A stretch of 64,000 nucleotides of DNA, from positions 4,512,001-4,576,000 of the forward strand of contig OZ219926.1 in the NCBI GenBank assembly GCA_964291405.2. The letters are read 5' to 3'. Each line of letters opens with the position of its first letter. The stretch's first letter is position 1. Below the pieces are notes generated by a model that saw only the letters and a program-made list of their open reading frames with translations, was not told the origin of the DNA and ran no database searches. Source of the stretch: Thermodesulfobacteriota bacterium (GTDB taxonomy: Bacteria > Desulfobacterota > Binatia > Bin18). Below are positions 57,857 to 64,000 of the stretch, piece after piece. The translations under genes and the position numbers were made by a program.

Positions 57857-58663
57857 TTACAGCGGGTGTTGTGACAGGAACTCCTTGAAGACAGTGAGAA
57901 ACGGATCACGCGCCGAGGACACAAAACCGTGTCCGGCGTTGTCGAAAATAGCCAGTTGCGCGTTCGGAATCTCTCGGGCCAGAATCTCTGAATTGGCCGC
58001 CGGAATCAGCACGTCGTCGCGCCCGGTGGCGACCAGGGTCGGGGTGGTGATCTCTTTGAGCTGCCGGTACACGCGCAGGGTCATGGTCGCATCCAAGTGA
58101 CGCTTGTAAGCAAAGAAAGGGGTGGAATGTTCCAGGACACGACGCATGGTGGCTTCGAGTTCGTCCCGATGGGCGGCGATATATTCTTCTGTGTAGGACA
58201 ACTTCCAGCCCTCCCGAACAGCTTCTTCCGGCGTTTGTCCGGCGCGGCCTTTGAGCGCTTCCATGGATTCCGGTGGGGCAGGGACGGAGTGCTTGCCGCC
58301 TGGGGTGGTACAGCCCAGGGTCAAACTCGCGACGTGCGGCTGGTGGTGAATGCCGATTTCCTGGGCAATCATGCCGCCCATTGAAATACCGAAAATATGC
58401 GCGCGCGGAATGTCGAGCGCACTCAGTAAGCCCACGGCATCGCTTGCAAACAGCGCAATGGAGTAGGGCTCATCCGGTTTATCCGACTGCCCGGTGCCGC
58501 GGTTGTCATAGGTGATGACCCGATAGTCGTCGGCCATGCGCGTAACAAACTCTTGGTCCCAGGCCGCCGCCGGCCCGCCCAAACCCATGATGAGCAGCAG
58601 CGGCTGACCCTGCCCCTGACTCGTATAGTGCAGATTGATCCCATTCACCTGTGCGTATGACAT
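57857..58663 (-). CDS. Alpha/beta hydrolase
   Basis: DNRGTG.SDKP, GISMGG, D.LIP..NS, AGHG; GAGGA RBS. Confidence 0.92.
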   Translation of the reverse strand: MSYAQVNGINLHYTSQGQGQPLLLIMGLGGPAAAWDQEFVTRMADDYRVITYDNRGTGQSDKPDEPYSIALFASDAVGLLSALDIPRAHIFGISMGGMIAQEIGIHHQPHVASLTLGCTTPGGKHSVPAPPESMEALKGRAGQTPEEAVREGWKLSYTEEYIAAHRDELEATMRRVLEHSTPFFAYKRHLDATMTLRVYRQLKEITTPTLVATGRDDVLIPAANSEILAREIPNAQLAIFDNAGHGFVSSARDPFLTVFKEFLSQHPL

Positions 58664-58770
58664 ACTCTTCCTCCTTTGTGTGAACGTCTTATCCAGTTGC
58701 GGGGAGAAGCGCAAATCGGAGAGAGGACGCTATTTACCGATTCGTACGGTTTGGTATAGGTCCATAGCAT

Positions 58771-59742
58771 ATGCAAATGGCTGTTTCCGAGATTCCCGCT
58801 ATCCGCCAGACGGTGAAAGAGCTGTCCCAGATATCGACGCTACGGGCCGCATACCATCTGGTTGAAGTCTGGGGTGTGATTGGGCTGACGATCTGGCTGA
58901 GCGGCTGGGTCTTGCCTCCATCCTCGGGTATCTGGGGAGCGTGTGTCTATATCGGCGCGGTCGCTGTGATTGCCGCACGGCAGCACGCCCTGATGGTCCT
59001 CGTGCACGAGGCGATTCATAAACGGGTCTCGCGTACGGGATGGATCAACGACGCGCTGGCCCGTGTGGCCGCGGCGTTTCCGATCTTTATTTCGCTCTCG
59101 AAATGGCGCTTCATCCACCTCTATCACCACCAATATACGCATACCAAAGATGATCCCGACCGGGCTATCTATGCCCGCTATCCTCTGGGCAGCAGGCCGT
59201 TCTGGCGGCTCCTCCTCCGGGATGTGTGTAGCCTGAACGTCATCTCGACGCTGAAGTATTTTATTGACCTGCCCTTTGTGACGCAGGACTTTAACCGGAA
59301 ATTTTTGGGTGAGGAGCGCGCCGACCGCTATCGGCAGATCGCTGATATGGGCCAGTTCACGATCTTTTGGACGGCGGTGTTAAGCGGCGGTTTTGTCCTG
59401 TGGGGTTGGGAATTTGGGAAATACTTGGCGTTGTACTGGCTCGTACCGTACTGCACGGTGACCCAGGTCTTCTTTCGCATTCGGGGAGCGATCGAGCACG
59501 GCAACGTGCCCGACCCTGAGAACGCCTATCAACAGACGCGGACCTATTTCATGCCCGCGATCTTGCGTTTTTTCTTTGCGCCCAAGCAGGTGAACTACCA
59601 CCTGGAGCACCACCTGTATCCTTCCGTGCCCTTCTATAATCTCCCCCGGCTGCACGCGGTTCTTAGCCAGGCGATCTATCCTGCCGAGTCGGGCTATTGC
59701 GAGCCGTTCTCCACCGGTCTCAGAAAATTGGTCTACGGATAG
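58771..59742 (+). CDS. Fatty acid desaturase family membrane di-iron protein
   Basis: His boxes HEAIH, HLYHH, EH and HLEHH. Confidence 0.9.
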   Translation: MQMAVSEIPAIRQTVKELSQISTLRAAYHLVEVWGVIGLTIWLSGWVLPPSSGIWGACVYIGAVAVIAARQHALMVLVHEAIHKRVSRTGWINDALARVAAAFPIFISLSKWRFIHLYHHQYTHTKDDPDRAIYARYPLGSRPFWRLLLRDVCSLNVISTLKYFIDLPFVTQDFNRKFLGEERADRYRQIADMGQFTIFWTAVLSGGFVLWGWEFGKYLALYWLVPYCTVTQVFFRIRGAIEHGNVPDPENAYQQTRTYFMPAILRFFFAPKQVNYHLEHHLYPSVPFYNLPRLHAVLSQAIYPAESGYCEPFSTGLRKLVYG

Positions 59743-59762
59743 GGGGAAGACAGACTCTCTAC

Positions 59763-59792
59763 AAAAAAACAGGGCAGCCATAACGGCTGCCC
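59763..59792 (-). terminator. Intrinsic terminator of the amidohydrolase gene
   Basis: GGGCAGCC-ATAAC-GGCTGCCC with an A7 tract on the left (U-tract on the minus strand). Confidence 0.75.
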
Positions 59793-59819
59793 CGTGTCTC
59801 TGCGTTTGTCTACGATTTT

Positions 59820-60941
59820 CTACAGATCATACGCCCGGGCCGCATTATCGCCCAGAATGTTCTGCCGGTCGGGTGGGGGGAGTTCCTTAATCCCATTCTG
59901 TAAGGTGTTGAGAGCATCCGGGAAGCCGTCAAAATGGGGGAAATCGGTTGACCAGAAGAACTTGTCCGAACCCCAGCGAGCGGCAGCCGGCGAGATCATG
60001 CTTTCATCCACATCACAGCCTACCCAGACCTGACGGCGGAAATACTCGCTCGGTGGGCGCTTACAGGCGGTCATGAAGCCGCTGTGTTCCCACTTGCTGT
60101 CCATCCGTTCGATAAAATGTGGCACCCAGCCGGCACCGACTTCCAGCACCAGCAGTTTGAGATTCGGAAAGCGTTCCAGGGTGCCACCCTCAAACATGCT
60201 GACAAAGGAAGCCTGGATATCAAAGCCCAGGGTGACCGACAGGAAATAGAAGGGTGAACCGTGAAAGGTGGTATGGTCATACCAGGTGCTGCCGTGAAAG
60301 TCGGGCCGCGCAATCACGTGCAGGCCGACCGGCATCTGAATATCCTCGGCAACGGCCCAGAACGGGTCGTAGGTCGTATCGCCATAGGCTTTCCCGTTTG
60401 CCGGGTAGGGGGTCAGCATGACGGCTTTCAATCCTAGCTTGGCCGCGCGTTTCAACTCAACAATGGCGGCCTCGGGGTCCATGAGGGAGATGTGTGCGAC
60501 TCCGTATAGGCGATTAGGGTCGTGATTGCAGAAATCGGCGATCCAGTCGTTGTACACGCGGTTATACGCCAGGGCGAGCCCGGGGTCATTGACCTCGCCT
60601 TCCCACAGCAGGCCGATTGTAGGAAAGAGTACGGCCGCATCAATACCATCAGCATCCAACTGCTTGATCCGCTCATGCGGGTCGTAGGCCCCCTTGGGAC
60701 CATCCATATACAGCTGGTCTTTGGAGAAAACGAGTTCGCCGGGCTTGCCGAAACCGGAGGCCACGCCCATCCCTCTGATGGTCGGAGAAATCTTGCCGTC
60801 AATGACAAGCGCTTCCCAGCCTTCCTCATCCTTGGCTATGTACAAGGCACGATCTTTGTATTTTGACTCAAGGTTCTCTTTCCACAAATTGGGCGGCTCT
60901 AAAATATGACCATCGGCATCAACAATTCTTCCGAGTTGCAT
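59820..60941 (-). CDS. Amidohydrolase_2 family protein
   Basis: DADGHILEP, LFPT, YNDWIADFC, STDFPHFDG, ILGDNAARAY. Confidence 0.92.
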   Translation of the reverse strand: MQLGRIVDADGHILEPPNLWKENLESKYKDRALYIAKDEEGWEALVIDGKISPTIRGMGVASGFGKPGELVFSKDQLYMDGPKGAYDPHERIKQLDADGIDAAVLFPTIGLLWEGEVNDPGLALAYNRVYNDWIADFCNHDPNRLYGVAHISLMDPEAAIVELKRAAKLGLKAVMLTPYPANGKAYGDTTYDPFWAVAEDIQMPVGLHVIARPDFHGSTWYDHTTFHGSPFYFLSVTLGFDIQASFVSMFEGGTLERFPNLKLLVLEVGAGWVPHFIERMDSKWEHSGFMTACKRPPSEYFRRQVWVGCDVDESMISPAAARWGSDKFFWSTDFPHFDGFPDALNTLQNGIKELPPPDRQNILGDNAARAYDL

Positions 60942-61217
60942 TGCGCGTCCCTCCTTGCACGTATATAGACTTTGCCCTGCTTCTAGCCTAGTTTATTCTG
61001 GATTACAAACCGTTTTGCGCTTTTTGTGGAGAGAGGTGAGAGGAAAGGACTACCCCCGCCGGGAATCGAATCTATTCTTTTCCGGTCATGGTACAGGTGC
61101 ACCCCTTATTTTCTCTGTCCCGGAACTCTACCACCGCCCCCAGTGGGACCGGGGAGACGCCGCGCGAGAGGCCTCGTGGCGTGGGGCAGCGAAGAACATC
61201 TGATTGCCGAAAATTGT

Positions 61218-61568
61218 CTATTCGTCTGCGGGCACAAGCGCACAACAGTACAACCGATATTGGAGGGGATAGGAGTGCCGGAAGCCGTCGTCGGAGGAGA
61301 GGCCCACCCCGTTGACATAGGAGCCCGCCGGACAGGTTTGAGCCCCCTCGTGGCGGGCGCGCAGCCAGGGCAACCAGGCGCAGTCAGGACTTGCCCCCGG
61401 CGCGCTAACGGCCCCGGCCTGTTCGCGGGCGGCGTTGGGCGCCTCTAAGCGCAGATACGCATAGGAGCCAAGACCACTGAGGCCGAGCAGCAGGAGGAGC
61501 GCGGCCCACCACCTCCACCGCCCGCTTTCCCGCCTTTCCGACTCGCCTTCCAAATAGATGTCCGTCAT
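61218..61568 (-). CDS. Small single-TM protein with a Cys-rich C-terminal domain
   Basis: GGAGG RBS; WWAALLLLLGLSGLG TM; C..W..W..CPAGSYV.GV..Y.LYCC. Confidence 0.6.
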   Translation of the reverse strand: MTDIYLEGESERRESGRWRWWAALLLLLGLSGLGSYAYLRLEAPNAAREQAGAVSAPGASPDCAWLPWLRARHEGAQTCPAGSYVNGVGLSSDDGFRHSYPLQYRLYCCALVPADE

Positions 61569-62048
61569 GACTGCCCTCCCAAGAGGAGATGGGGACTGCA
61601 CCCCTCCTCGGAGGGAATGGCTTCTCGTCTCTCCTTGATTTCATGCCATAGCCGGAAACCCTGCACAATGGTGGTTTCCGGGGGTGGTCCCCCTGTCCCA
61701 CCCCCAAAGACCTGTACCCATCAGGGCTTCCTGAGTATAGGACCACGAATTTCCTCCCAATCGCTCCTCATCAAACGGGAGCGGGATGGTATCGTTCAGC
61801 TTAGGAAAGGCCCGCTCTAGGCTGCGGTGAAACTTGTCTCAGTTCGGAGCGGCCCGCATAAGTACCATCACTGCGGCGATATGCTGACTGAGCTTGACGA
61901 GTCCAGGGTCAGGCGTGAACCACTGAGGGTGCTTATGCTTACGGGTGCCGTAGGGCGGGTGAACCGGAGGCGTAACCTGACCTACAAACTACACGGAGGG
62001 AAATCGAAGTTTTTGGAGGAACCGGGCGCCGTCTACGACAGTCAATCC

Positions 62049-62085
62049 ATAAATATTTGTTATCAAACTGATAAATAAAAACAAT
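62049..62085 (+). promoter_or_regulatory. OxyR-type (LysR) binding site upstream of katG
   Basis: ATAA-N7-TTAT-N7-ATAA-N7-CAAT matches the spacing of ATAG-N7-CTAT-N7-ATAG-N7-CTAT. Confidence 0.7.
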
Positions 62086-62131
62086 TTGAATTATCTCAGG
62101 TGGTGCCTATATTGGGAAATGTTTACGTTAA

Positions 62132-64000
<1,869 letters not shown>

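Noticed and set aside
61820-61856. GCTGCGGTGAAACTTG..GTTCGGAG resembling group II intron domain V
   Set aside because: Stem does not pair properly; no RT/maturase ORF or other intron domains

Overview
GC-rich bacterial chromosomal segment. The gene content (F420/LLM oxidoreductases, paired acyl-CoA dehydrogenases, a class III CoA-transferase, delta-type queA-tgt-yajC-secDF-recJ) resembles Deltaproteobacteria/Binatia; this assignment is inference only. In order, the window holds: tandem paralogous large secreted proteins (1-4.8 kb); a housekeeping block (coaBC, polyprenyl synthase, UDG, nfeD/slipin, queA, tgt, yajC, secD, secF, recJ) interrupted between queA and tgt by an accessory insert (a tiny ParB/Srx-like gene, a Cys-phosphatase gene and a MITE-split hicB); a long catabolic/redox region (24-44 kb); a type I R-M operon (44.6-57.8 kb) whose hsdM, hsdS and hsdR genes are separated by defence/TA cargo (Fic, zeta-like kinase, HNH-like gene, AbiTii-like gene, several decayed TA modules, an IS5 and a MITE); and the 5' part of katG behind an OxyR-type box. 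I found no rRNA, intact tRNA or CRISPR array. The best candidates for undescribed systems are the ParB/Srx-like + phosphatase pair and the HNH-like + AbiTii-like pair inside the R-M operon. All family assignments come from motif recognition, not database searches.
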